Assembly (NCBI GenBank): GCA_903813345.2
Contig: CAIIXF020000001.1
Location: 25,110,001-25,174,000 of the forward strand
Length of the DNA stretch: 64,000 nucleotides
Source of the DNA: Owenia fusiformis
Taxonomy: Eukaryota
Direction of reading: 5' to 3'
The notes beneath the pieces are model-generated. The model did no database searches and was not told the origin of the DNA. It worked only from the letters and a program-made list of their open reading frames with translations. A program made the position numbers and the translations under genes. Below are positions 36,522-49,414 of the stretch, one piece after another. Position 1 is the first letter of the stretch; every line of letters begins with the position of its first letter.

Positions 36522-39500
36522 ATGAAGAAAAAAGTGTCAGTTCAAAGTTCACATACAGGTAGGATTATAAATACATTTTCAACGAACTTCTGACTTCAGC
36601 AAAGTCGTTGTTGTTCTGTCGGTTTTCATATATTTTATTTGTTAGGTCTACAGTCACATTTATCCCGTTCCATTCCATGTCATGGAACGGGATAAAGTCA
36701 CATGACTCAGGCCAGGTATAACTTTTACCCGATTAGTTGCTCTTATAGTCCAAAGGTCGTGGCATAATTTTGATCCCGGATTTGATACTGTTTTCCAATA
36801 AAACCCTTGTAGCCTATTAGCCTACCAGTAAGCTTACCTGCTTCATCTGACAAAAAATTCTGTCAAGATTGTGTTTCCCGCTAATTTCATTATTGTTTAG
36901 ATAGTAAAGTTATGATGTGTAAAATCAGTATGTTCTTTTCTTGCTGATCATTGAATTCCGCTTCTATCGCCCGAAGTACATCTATGTCACCCGATAGGCC
37001 ATAGGTAAAATACTATATGCACTATGAAATACTGAACATAAATTTAATAAATGATAACATGATGATAATAAGTTATGCAAAGGTGTGTTAGTCTAAGTTT
37101 CTTGAATTAACGAATGCAACTTTCGGTAAAATAGTAGGTTATTCCGGTAGCCGACAGTCGTTAGTTGCATTCGGGGATTATAAGTTCGATTATATTCCTA
37201 AGTCCATTGTTCTTTAAATTGAACCATGGCGTCATTTTTTTATTTCATGAAGGTTCTGTTAATGGTCCCCTTGGTGGAGGCATATATCTCTGGAGTGGCT
37301 CATTATCTGTGTGAATTCGTCATTTAAGAAGAAATATGAAAGTACAATTATTTTTCAATTTCAGGTTCTAGCAGTTTCCTTGCTAGCGCTTCGCTTTTGT
37401 TATGTATGATTATCATCCTTCAAGTAGACCAACATCCAGTTGCTGGTAAGTAAATGGCCCCATAGAATGCTGCATAGTGTACAAATGTGAGTGAAAATGC
37501 TTTAAGACAATTTAACCTCCAGAAAGACATTTGTTATTCAATCAACTAAACTTTGAAGATTATCTTGCCCTAAAGTTGTTTGTATGTTCATTGTATTTTC
37601 TGAAACGAGATGATTTTGGCGTTTTTGCCTCTGTAATGTAAACATTAATATCATGAAGTGTCTTGCTGGAAAGTTGATAGTCTGACGGCTTCAACAGCTC
37701 AGCCAGCCGAAGGAAGTATTCCAATACACAATTTGTAAACAATTTAACACAGAGTAGTATGGCATTGGGACATCTCCATGACTGGGGACAGACCTCCTGT
37801 GGTGTTTGTTTATGGAAGAAAAGTTAGAATCTTCCATCTCAGAAGAAAGTAGAATTTCTGACGGAATTTGCCTCACCAAAAAGAATACTTCGAGGAGGAT
37901 ATTGTTCAATTCTGAGATGGAGGATTCTACAATGTGCTGAGATTTAGAACTATATAAATAGAAAGGGAAAAGGTGATTTAACAGAATTTTAGAAAAGCGA
38001 TTGAAGAATGAAGTTATGAAGTGGTTATAAAGTATTAAAGAGAAATTGTTAAATTATAGAAAATTGAAAATAAGAATTTTAGACTGAAATAATAAAGAAG
38101 GAAAGACAATCAAATAATTTAGGCTTATGTTGAGGAAGTTTCGTAATATAATAGAGAAGGGTCAAGACGGACACACAGTTCTTAATTTACGTAGGTCGTG
38201 AGGCGTGACCCTGCCTTTTGTGCAGAAATGAAAGATGTAACTACCATGTGTGGAATGGGTTATGTTAGAAAATAGCACATGGTCATGGAATTTCAAAATA
38301 TACAGAAACATTATTTTTGCCAAATTCACATCGCTGTTTGGTGATTTGAATTTGAAAGTGTATTCTTTATCAATCCCATTGATTTTACTTGAGACAACCC
38401 GACGATGGCTGGGAATGCCGTCCACAGTGGCGATAGTCGTCACTAGTCACAAGCTAATTAGTAATTTGCAGTTGTAATTTCTATTGTTCTTTTACAAAAG
38501 TCCCATGTTACCATTTTAGACGATTTCAAATTCTTCCGTATTTGAGCTAGCTTTTTATGTTAGTTCTGATTTTTTTAGGTCTCTGTCCCAGGGTTCTTAA
38601 CTGGGCACCAGTATTTAACGCCAAGAGACAATGGGTCCCAGGAGACCTGGGAGGTCTAAAAGAGATACAGACTGTACAATTACAGGGTGATACAGCATTG
38701 CAACGAAATAATTCAAATGATGGCAAGTCTCAAGCGTACAAATTCAAACTTGGATACAGTTTGGATGGCAAATCAGAGTCAGTTTACAAAGAAGTTCCAA
38801 ATGAAGAAAAGGTGTGTAAGAAAAATCTTTTATCGGATCACTTTATCTGTGTAAATGAAACGGTTAAAATTGGACGTGTACAAAACGTCGTGTATCTTGT
38901 GAAACTGTACATTCGGCTCCTACAGTACTGTAGATCATCTAGACATATATGACACGTCCTGCATTTGGTACATGTATTCAGATATTGATATCAGAAGTGA
39001 TCTCTGTAGCATCAGAACAACCTGGTGCTTCCTTATCCGTGTTTGAAATTCTCTTTATTATTTCGAATGTTTTTTATCTTGATTCACAAGGTTTCAATAG
39101 CTCCAACTGTTATGACACCTTGGAAATCGAAGATGAATGTTTTTGGCATTTTAAAGATTCTATCCGATCTGTTTTAGGTTTTCACTGGTACTTGGCGCTA
39201 CGACAAACCAGTCACTCATAAGTTGACAGATGCGTTTCTTGCACGTTATGTGAAAATCATACCGATCGAATGGAAAACTGACGTCGGTGTGAAGTTTGAT
39301 GTGAATGCTTGTTCAATTACAGGGGAGAGTAAAACAAAAAATAATTCGAGTAAGTCGGTGCAGTAAAATGTATTTGTTATTTCTTCTGATCAAACATGCA
39401 TGATCTGGATTCTTTCAAATCACACGAACAAAATATGATATTTATACCCGGGTATTCATCCATCTTGATTCAAGAGGCTTTTGTGTGGTAGCTAAAAAAA

Positions 39501-42500
39501 TGGTTATCAAACTTTATTTTCAGCTAATCGTTTAGTACTCGAGCATGGGAACCTTGGAAAGACTCCATCTAAAAGTCACATGCGCAAAAAAAGATCAACC
39601 TCCACGACTTCGTAAGTGAAATCCTAAACAATATTATAATTCATCTTTAGAATGGCTATATATTTTCAAAAATATCAACAAAGAAATAGTTCAGGACTTT
39701 TTAAACTATTATCTTCATGAGACCTACTTTTAAAGTCTACTTTTATCACTTATGTTAGTTCTTTCTTTAGTTAATCGTTCCCTACGGCTCAGGGGCTAAA
39801 CATTTTATCTGCATCTTCATTCATTCTGTGAAATATTTTCCAAAGTTGTTTGCTGTGTTTAATTCCTTCATCTTGACTCGTCCAAGACATTTCTTTACAA
39901 GAGAAAGTCAAAAGCGAGTGTTAAGTATGAAATTCCTCATTTAAATTCAAATTACATTTCAGAAGAAAACAAAGAAAAGGTAGAAGAGGCGGCAGAAAGC
40001 ATCGCATCAAGAAACACAACAAGCCGCCAAGACTTGGTAATTATGAGTTTATCAGAAATTATTCCAATAATTTTGACAAACACTTTTTATTTATGCAACG
40101 ATGGACATGTAAGAAACTCCGGGATTTATTTTGGCACCTAGTCACCATATCATCGTATACATGTGTTCATTGGTGACGTTTTTCAAAGATGCCAAATGAA
40201 CTTATAATAGTCTGCATATTGGTTGTGTGGCAATTATGAAAATACTGACATCGTCACATCTAGATGTCAACTTGACAAATTCTGACCTCTATGTATACTT
40301 TAAGTTTACTTTAACCTTTTGATGTGAACTTGTAATTGACCCAGCTATGGTTCTGAATTCATTAGACTATAAACAAATTCTAGAGTTTGATTCGTTGTAT
40401 TGCAAAATTAGATCGAAAGATGCAAAAAGTCTTGATGGCTTGTATTAGTGTTGCTTTTTCATGCCCTTGGTTAAGTGAACCGACAATATAGCATATGCAT
40501 CACAATGTTCTTGCAGGACGATGTTCCTTTGTCGGTATGAACCTACCAAAAAACAAGATATCAGCTTCCTCCAGTGCAAATCATTTTTCACCATTCATGG
40601 GAATAGCTAATACCGTGCGAAAGGGTGGAGCTTGGATACCAAGTCCCCTAGACCAGAACCCGTGGATTCAGATGGACTTGTCTACTCCCATGCAAGTGAT
40701 TGGCGTAATTTTGCAAAGTAGTGTCAGTGGAAAAGAATTCGTCCAGACCTTCAAATTCGGCTACAGTTTAAATGGCATTACATTTAATATGTACAAAGAA
40801 CGAGGCAACACTGCTAAAGTAAGATAGCTAAAACATAAGTCTTCATAACACAACACGTATTCTAGATTCTCATTGTCTTATTTATAGTCATATGATATGA
40901 AATTGATGATCTAATTCTCTTGAAAGTCCTAAATCGTGCTAACGGGAAGGTGAATTTCTGTGACTCCCAAATGGTCGTCACTGTTCGTATGCCAGTCTCA
41001 TCTATCCTTAAATTGTGTATTATTCAGCTTCACATCACTCCTGACATTTGCTATTTTCTAAAATGCCAAAAACTTAATAACAATAATTTCTTAGCAATTG
41101 TAATCATCTTTACCATTTTAGGAATTTTTGGGCAACACAAAAAAGAGGTCCACCAAAATGAACATGTTTTATCCTGGCGTTACTGCAAGATATGTTCGTC
41201 TTTACCCGTTGGAGTGGACCGATGCTATTGCATTGCGATTTGATGTTATTGCATGTGAAATTAAAGGTAAGAAGAATAATCTTGTAAAAATAGATTTTAC
41301 TTCATGTGTTCATAATTTTTTAACAAACAAGTAGTTCGAATGCGACACACAATTTGGGTACCACGTGCTGCGTGGACAATAGGGAGTTTAAGCTTGCATA
41401 TAAAATCGAAACGCCAACCTATACGTAAGACCAATATGCCATACAAATGCAACGCTTTAAGTATTTTCCGTTCACGTTTAGGTTGTGAAAAACATTGCAA
41501 GCTTAAACTCCCTAACACATGTTTTAATCCGCTTTTTCCATGGAATCTTTGGCTTTGAAATTCAATCCACGCCAAGAGTATATGTTACAGCCTGTGTTAT
41601 TGAAATTCCATCGTAGAGGAACATATAAACGGACGCATCTTTCACGCTACAGTGGCGTTAATTGCATGAAAATTCCTCATAGAGTATTAGTCATATTATG
41701 ATGACTGTAGCGCAAGCAGCAGATGAAACTTTGGCATGATAATGCGCAATTCCCCAATCACACTTCACAGTCTACATTATGTGTTGTCTTTCATATTTCA
41801 TTGAAGCCATCGAACCAAATATACAAGACTAAGAGGAAGAATAAAAGTCTACAATCCAGCTCTGTTGTTCAAAAATGAAGTGCAAAATTTTGGGAAAACA
41901 TCTGAATTATACATTTAGATACTATAAAGTTTCTTAAACATAATACACTTATGTAATATACTTGTATGGAGAAATCTTCAATAGGTCCATCATCATAACT
42001 ATTTAAATTATAGTTTCCGTTTCACATGCGCCATTCACATTTAATTTGAATTACATTTTCCATAGAACTATTTTGATTGATAGCACTTTGATATACTATT
42101 TGATATTGTTAAAACTTTAAAAGTTACAAATGTTATATTATTTTCCAGATGGTTCTACCATAGGACGACTATCAAAAAGACACAAACGCTTGAAAAGATC
42201 AACTTCGAAATACAGATCCAACAGGTATCCAAAAATAATAAGTGATCATTCAAATGTTACTTTTCTTGTAGCTTTACAGCCATCAACGTATTTTAGTTTT
42301 ATTCGGCTGCAAGGCGTAGCAAAACCAATAATGTTGCTGTGTCCAACATGCAGACCATCAGGCTATAGTTACGTGCGTTAGTAGTTATTTCTCTTCAATT
42401 GGTTCAGATCATGATAAAGCGTCTTGTTACTGGGGTTATCATCTCATTCAAATTGGCGAACAAACTTTGTTCTATGAGGGCGATAAATATGTGCTAAACC

Positions 42501-44272
42501 AAGTAAAATCTGAATTCAAATTATTCCGGTGTGCAAACTTATAAGGTTACGAATGTAATCAACCCCTTTGATGAAATCAAAGAATTCTAAGAAAATAGCT
42601 TCACTTAGGATGAAGCTAACTCAGTAACAAAAAGACATATTGCAATAATAAAGCAAATATTCCAATGGGTAGTTACTTGCATTGGGTTTGCTTCATCCAT
42701 GTGAATTAAAGAAAGATTTTTATTAAATTTAATTACTCTGTATATTTCAGAAGAGAACAAATAGATCGAAAAAGGGAAAACATGGATAGAAGGAAAGACC
42801 GGCGTAAAGAGAGTCGCAAAGTGAAACCTAAAAGCAAACACAAGATGACAAAATCTAAAAAATTTTCAAAGAAACCCTCAACAGCATTGGATCGTAAAAA
42901 CAACAATGAGCCAAACCTGGGTAATAATGATTTTATCACAACTACCTTCCTATGACATTATTATTTGTGCGAAAATGTCTGTTTATTTTCAATGAGATAA
43001 ATCCGATGATACGAAAATGAATCTATAGACAGAATGCTCTCCAATAATCTTAAATATCATTGTTTTTATACTGCAGACAAGAGTCTCTCCATCTATCTTA
43101 TATAACTAAAAGAATGTGGAAATGAATCAAGAATCTTTACAAATAATTTTTATTGCAAATCATTAATTATGAAATATGACAATTTGTTTTTACAGATAAT
43201 ATTATTTTAGTCAACAAAGTGTTTTGTATACGCGCGCGACTGGTTTGATACCTAAATAAATAATGCAGGAAATTAATTTAAAAAAATGAAAGTCCAAAAT
43301 CTAATGCTTATAATTGAAAATCTAAATGTATCTATTTTAATGATGTGCTGGCCTTAAAAATAGCTTTCAGTATCAATGTTTTTTGCAGGAATGTGTAGTT
43401 TGGTCGGTATGAAACTACCAAAGAACAGGATAACAGCGTCCTCTAGTGCAAACCATTTTTCACCTTATATGGGTATTGCCAATACCATACGTGAAAAGGG
43501 AGCTTGGATACCGAGCCAACGAGACAGAAGACCATGGATTCAGATAGACTTGTCTGTTCCTATGCAAGTTATAGGGATATTGTTACAAAGCAGTGTCAAC
43601 GGCGATGAATTCGTTAAGACCTTCAAGTTCAGCTACAGTTTGGATAATTCTACGTTTGATATGTATAGAGAACAAAATGATACTGTTAAAGTAAGTGAAA
43701 AATAAGTGAGGCAAGTTAGGCAACCGCTTTTTCGGATCATCGTGTCTCAAAATGCCCCCCCCCCCCTATACTTGGTTTTTATTCCAAAAGTGTACCACAT
43801 CGATTAGGCTAGCTAAAACTAGACTTAAAAATAGTGGGACGCCCACGCTGCAAAAACTTCAGCACAGGTATCTGATATAACTAAATTAACAATATATTGG
43901 ACTAAGATAATGAGCAATTTTCTCAAAATTTTGAGTTTGTATACAACAATAGGGAGTTTAAGCTTGCAATGTTTTCACAACCTACACGTGAACGGAAAAT
44001 ATTTAAGCGATGCATATTTGTATGGGCGATTGGTCAAAGGTTTAGGTTGGCGTTTCGATTTTATATGCAAGCTTAAACTACTTAATCACTGGCCAATCCG
44101 CCAATGTATGTAACCGTGCCATTTCAGGTATTTTTGGGTAACACAGAAAAGATGTCCACCAAACTTAACACATTTTATCCTGGCGTTACTGCAAGATATG
44201 TTTGCCTTCATCCGTTGGAATGGAATGATGCTATTGCACTGCGATTTGATGTTCTTGCTTGTGAAATCAAAG
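36522..44272 (+). CDS. Secreted multi-discoidin (coagulation factor 5/8 type C) domain protein with polybasic linkers; 3' end not determined
   Basis: Phase-consistent exons: 36522-36558, 37365-37445, 38579-38811, 39178-39349, 39524-39611, 39963-40036, 40517-40818, 41122-41266, 42149-42224, 42751-42920, 43389-43690, 44128-44272 (1825 nt, ~608 aa, ends in phase 1). Signal-like FLASASLLLCMIIIL; discoidin motifs ISASS, GAWIP...PWIQMDL, TFKFGYSLNG, ARYVRLYPLEW...IALRFDVIAC. The first exon is less certain. Confidence 0.85.
41379..41514. mobile_element. PIF/Harbinger-like MITE, copy 1
   Basis: TIR TAGGGAGTTTAAGCTTGCA / TGCAAGCTTAAACTCCCTA. Confidence 0.7.
43950..44083. mobile_element. PIF/Harbinger-like MITE, copy 2 (inverted relative to copy 1)
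   Basis: Same TIR at left, TGCAAGCTTAAACTAC at right; internal sequence is the reverse complement of 41379-41514. Confidence 0.7.
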
Positions 44273-44718
44273 GTATGTAAGCAGATTGCCTGTGGTAGCA
44301 CCGCATATAATATATGTTTTCATTGCTACATTTTAATCAGCTACAAGCACTGATTAGCGTTCAATTGATTTTGGAAAAATCTGCGTGGTCCACTTTATTT
44401 TCTAACATTAAACTTATCCTTTAACTTTCCATGGATGTATAACTAAAAATGATATTATGCTGGTAAGATGTGGATATTCGATTATGGCTTTGTTATTGTT
44501 GGTGTTTTCTCCATCCTATCTATCACAATTTAAATCAAAGGTGCAACTAAGTAAAGGTGAAAGGTGCACATTTGAGATTTAGGTTTTATAAATTGCTCAC
44601 AATTGTTCAGGTATACAATGTTTTTCACAATTCTGACTGTTGTTATCATAATGTTTTAATTTCCATGCTAATTTGTCTAACTTTTTCACAAATTATAGAA
44701 GGCGTGAATACATAGAGG

Positions 44719-45246
44719 TCATCCTATATGAGGTTCAGGATATTGGGATTATCCCGAGGCTAATATAATTTATCCTATGCCAAGTAGAGTTTTAGGAAGA
44801 TAAGTTGGTAAGATATATCCCGTATCCTGATTTCGAGGTTTCCATATCCTGAACCTCCATATCTCCCGCCATATATCCCGCTCCAGGGCATATCTTCCCG
44901 CTTCGAAAAGAAATTGAAAAAATAAAAAAAATTGAAAAAATTGAAAAAAGTCAGAAAAATGTGAAAAAATTGAAAAAAATTTAAAAAATTGAAACAAGAT
45001 TGAAAGAAAATTAGAAAACTCTACTTGGTATAGGATAAAGCAGTTATGTACGGTCGGTTTGGATATTGGGTTCATCCCTCGTGAGATATGCACATCTACC
45101 TTCGGTCCCTACGGTCCCTCGGGTAGATATGTATATCTCCCTCTGGATAAACCCCATATCCAAAACCTCCCAGTACATAACCCTTATATATCCGAGGGTA
45201 GATGGCCAAGGGATAATCCCAATATCCTGAACCGGCTATAGGAAGA
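44719..45246. mobile_element. MITE with an internal foldback
   Basis: GGTTCAGGATATTGGGATTATCCC (~44731-44755) / GGGATAATCCCAATATCCTGAACC (~45210-45233); inner inverted pair GTTATGTAC..TTTGGATAT / ATATCCAAA..GTACATAAC. Confidence 0.65.
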
Positions 45247-46104
45247 TATGTTTATCTCATACCAATCTTGGTCATCTGGGGGTCATTAACAGAACTTTCG
45301 CAAAGTTACGAAGTAACTTTATGAAATTCGTAAACATTTAAAAATGACTTGCGAATGGCGATTATACTATATCATCCCGCTGATGAAAATATAAGTTTTT
45401 ACATGGATTTTACAAATCACGCCCAAGTATAGGATAAAGTCATGTTCGAATTTTGAGAGAACCTCCCTCCCAATGTCATTTGAACTAAGAGGAGATGCAT
45501 GGTCACACAATTTATCATAGAGACTCTCTGAGAGTGACCAAAATTTCTTCTTTATATGCAATTGAATTGCATTCTCCTGTTTTATATGAAATATCAATGA
45601 AAAATTATGATGTAAATAAGAATCTTGTCATTGTTTTCTTGGATATTGAGGTGGTAATTTCAAAGAAAAATGTAAACATAAACACTAAGTTGAAACTAAT
45701 AACGCATAATTATATACTGTTGGGTTGCTTAGACCACAAACGTTGTTGTTTTTGACCTTTAGATTGAAAATAGAAACCGATTGTCAAAACATTTTTTGAT
45801 TAAAAAAGCATAATTGATTTCTTAATTTTACACCTTGGTGATGAAAGGGTTAATGCCCAATTTTGCATTCACTAAAATTCTAATGGAGGTCAGATTCTTA
45901 AAGCTGATACTTTCAGCTTTCCAACGGCGGAACCTTAGCGCAGAAGGGGTAATTTAAAAATCGAAAATTTATAATCGAATGTTTATATTCACAACACTTG
46001 CATTGCGTTAATATTCAAACATTTTGCACAGGTACATGAAGTGTGCAACACATTGCCACACCCATAACACGTCGTACAGACGGAAGTGGACGACATGTTT
46101 TGTA

Positions 46105-47975
46105 CGAGGGGTGATCAGGAATTTCTGGACCGTTTGTTCTATTTTTGCCATTTTCTATCCTTTCTTTGTGATTTGTTCACACAATATAACTCAAATATAG
46201 AGGATCACACCCTGTCGATTTCATTGTTCTATGACATTATTATCCTATTATTTTTATTACCATGGTAACTGGTGACCCAACAAGGTGGAGCTCAGAAAAA
46301 ATACCAAAATCAACAGTAATTTTATATAATGTTTGGACACTGTATTCATTGCTGAATATGTGAAATGCTGTAATATGTTGTATTATTTCATTAAGTATTT
46401 TCATTAATGTTCATAGTAGCTGTCATTATTCTTCATTAATTCTAATCCTTCAAAGAAGTTGCCAGCATTTTGTAAGCATTTGTTATGCCTTTTCAGTTTT
46501 CACCCAGTCCCAAAAGATGTGATACAGGCCATCTTTGCCTACTTTGTAACATGGTGTGTGAATTCTGGAATGATCTCATTACTGTCCTCAAAGTTGATAC
46601 CTCGTAATTTGTTCTTCACTGTGGGGAAAATATAGAAATCATAGCCAGCTAAGTCTGGGGAGTACAGTGTGTTTGGTACACGGTCACAACCAATGGAATC
46701 AATCACAGTTTGTAGGAAAAGAGAGTCTGTATCACGTCTTTCAGGACTGGGTGAAAAGGCATAACAAATGCTTACAAAATAATGCTAGCTACTTTGAAGG
46801 ATTAGAATTGACGGAAGAATAATGACAGCTACTATGGACATTAATGAAAATGCTTAAAGGCCCCGTGTAAAGTTTAAACCACTTTTGCTTATATTGTAGT
46901 CTTACCCAATGTTATCAAAGTGTGATATGTGAAACTTTTTTTTTTAATTTCAAAAAGTGGTTTTTGATAGACTTTTTGTTCCAAAATTTGTGAATTTATT
47001 TAAAACCAACTTTTAGAGGTCACTCATATCTTCTAATTAGCCTCAATTCATACCAATGCATAGCATTCATCCTCCCATGTTTTTTGCCGAAAAAATTAAG
47101 AAAATCGATTGATAAACAAGCGAGAAATGAACTTATAAGTGCATGAAAATGGTTCTGAGAAAAATGCATTTCAAAATTTTAGTTCTCATAGAAACCAATG
47201 GTACAATGATATCTAAAACATAATTTATTCTTCCTTTTAACCTGGTTAGACAATCAACATTGTTTTTTATGAAAGTCTAGCATATTTAGAAAAGATTGAC
47301 ATCGAAAAAAAAATTCAATTTTTTCAAAAAGTTTTTGTTACCTTAGTGACATCACTAATGTTTCAAAATATTTTTGATAAGCTAAAACATTGAAGTGGCC
47401 CATTAAATATGACATTTTATTATTGAAATAGTGTGTCTTTTGTTCAATCTTTGCATTGGTGTTAAAAAGATAATCTTTTTTGAAATGCATTAAGAAATAT
47501 TTGATGATTAAGAAATTTCAACTTTTTTTGAAAAATCGCCGGAAATTTGAATATTTGAGAAATGAAATGCTCACAACTTTTTTTTCAAAAAATGTTTTTT
47601 GTTCAAAAATCTCTAAAATCACTTTTTAAGTCCTGGCAAATAGTAAATGAATGATAAACTTTAGACGGGGACTTTAATGAAATAATACAACCTACTACAC
47701 TACATGTATGTCACATATTCAGCAATGAATACAGTGCCCAAACATCATATAAAATTACTGTTGATTTTTCAAATACAGTATTTTCCTGAGCTCCACATTG
47801 GTGCATCACCGGTTACCATGGTAACAAAAATAACAGGATAATGATGTCAAAGAACAGTGAAATATTCATGATGTGATCCTATATATTTGGGTTATATTGT
47901 GTGAAAAAATCACTAAGAAAGGATGAAAATGGCAAAAATAGAGCCAACGGTCCAGAAATTCCTGATCACCCCTCG
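46105..47975 (-). mobile_element. Mariner-derived foldback element with transposase remnant
   Basis: TA-flanked TIR CGAGGGGTGATCAGGAATTTCTGGACCGTT and its reverse complement ending 47975; arms inverted over about 400 bp; centre (~46560-46690, minus) translates to LYSPDLAGYDFYIFPTVKNKLRGINFED, the mariner YSPDLAP-D motif. Confidence 0.9.
46858..47673. mobile_element. TTAA-targeting non-autonomous DNA transposon (Kolobok-like) nested in the mariner arm
   Basis: TTAA at 46854-46857 and 47674-47677; TIR AGGCCCCGTGTAAAGTT / AACTTTAGACGGGGACT; the empty site is visible in the opposite arm (46381-46410). Confidence 0.82.
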
Positions 47976-48914
47976 TAAGTACAAACCTAGCGCCATTTAT
48001 TTCAACGTTTTGACAGCATATGGGTCTTTCTCCCTCATAGAAACATCGCCCATGGTACGCAGAGATGCCTCAAATCACTACATCTCATATTTTTCTGAGC
48101 ACGATCTAGAACTTTCTAGATTTTTTTGATATTTTTTCTTGATATATTTTTTATATATTTTTTTCCAGATATTTTTTTTAGATACTTTTTAGATATCAAA
48201 TCTTCTAGAAAGCACGACATTTTCTTGAAAAATATTGTCATTTTTCAAAAAATCTATCATATTTCCTACATCTTGTATCGTCACGCAATAGTGACTAAAT
48301 TATTAGTAAAATTATTACATCATCCAGACACTTCATTTTCCAAGACAAATGGAAGAATTCGGAGAAATCAATTTTCGTTGGAAAGCGTACGACTTGAAGG
48401 GTGTGTACGACACATACCGGTAATTGTTGCACATATGTCCTTCTTCTAAGTTAAAAAAAACACGTATTTAATAATGTGGATTTTCTATATTAATTTATGC
48501 TTCGTATACTTTTTTCATGTCTTTAAGACATGACATCTTAAATTGTTTGGAAGCTCCTCGAATTTCTATAGATTTTTGGACGAAGTAAAATTCTTAAAAT
48601 ACGCATTATCGGAATTACTCGCGATTAGGCCCACTGGGCGTTTATTTTGCCCAGGGCATTTATTTGAAAAAAACTCAATATAAACTCCCATGGGCCTTTT
48701 TTAAAAGGGGAAACAGTTTTCTAAGGGGATGGGCGTGTGCTAAGCTAAGAGGAGAGAAGGAACATATTTCAATGGAACTGTTGTTGAATGTCCTGCTCGT
48801 CGTACAACCCCTTCACTAAAATTCCTTTCTCTGAATTTATTCCATTTATTTTGGAAACAGAAGTGTCTCGAATCTCGATGATGTGTAATGAATTTAGATT
48901 AATAGTAAACTCAC

Positions 48915-49414
48915 NNNNNNNNNNNNNNNNNNNNNNNNNNNNNNNNNNNNNNNNNNNNNNNNNNNNNNNNNNNNNNNNNNNNNNNNNNNNNNNNNNNNNN
49001 NNNNNNNNNNNNNNNNNNNNNNNNNNNNNNNNNNNNNNNNNNNNNNNNNNNNNNNNNNNNNNNNNNNNNNNNNNNNNNNNNNNNNNNNNNNNNNNNNNNN
49101 NNNNNNNNNNNNNNNNNNNNNNNNNNNNNNNNNNNNNNNNNNNNNNNNNNNNNNNNNNNNNNNNNNNNNNNNNNNNNNNNNNNNNNNNNNNNNNNNNNNN
49201 NNNNNNNNNNNNNNNNNNNNNNNNNNNNNNNNNNNNNNNNNNNNNNNNNNNNNNNNNNNNNNNNNNNNNNNNNNNNNNNNNNNNNNNNNNNNNNNNNNNN
49301 NNNNNNNNNNNNNNNNNNNNNNNNNNNNNNNNNNNNNNNNNNNNNNNNNNNNNNNNNNNNNNNNNNNNNNNNNNNNNNNNNNNNNNNNNNNNNNNNNNNN
49401 NNNNNNNNNNNNNN
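48915..49414. other. Assembly gap (500 N)
   Basis: Run of N; the round number suggests a placeholder size. Confidence 0.99.

Noticed and set aside
46032-46039. Terminal exon of the discoidin gene (cacag|GT ACA TGA)
   Set aside because: Phase-compatible but only two codons, adjacent to transposon sequence, and further exons could lie in or beyond the gap; not supportable.
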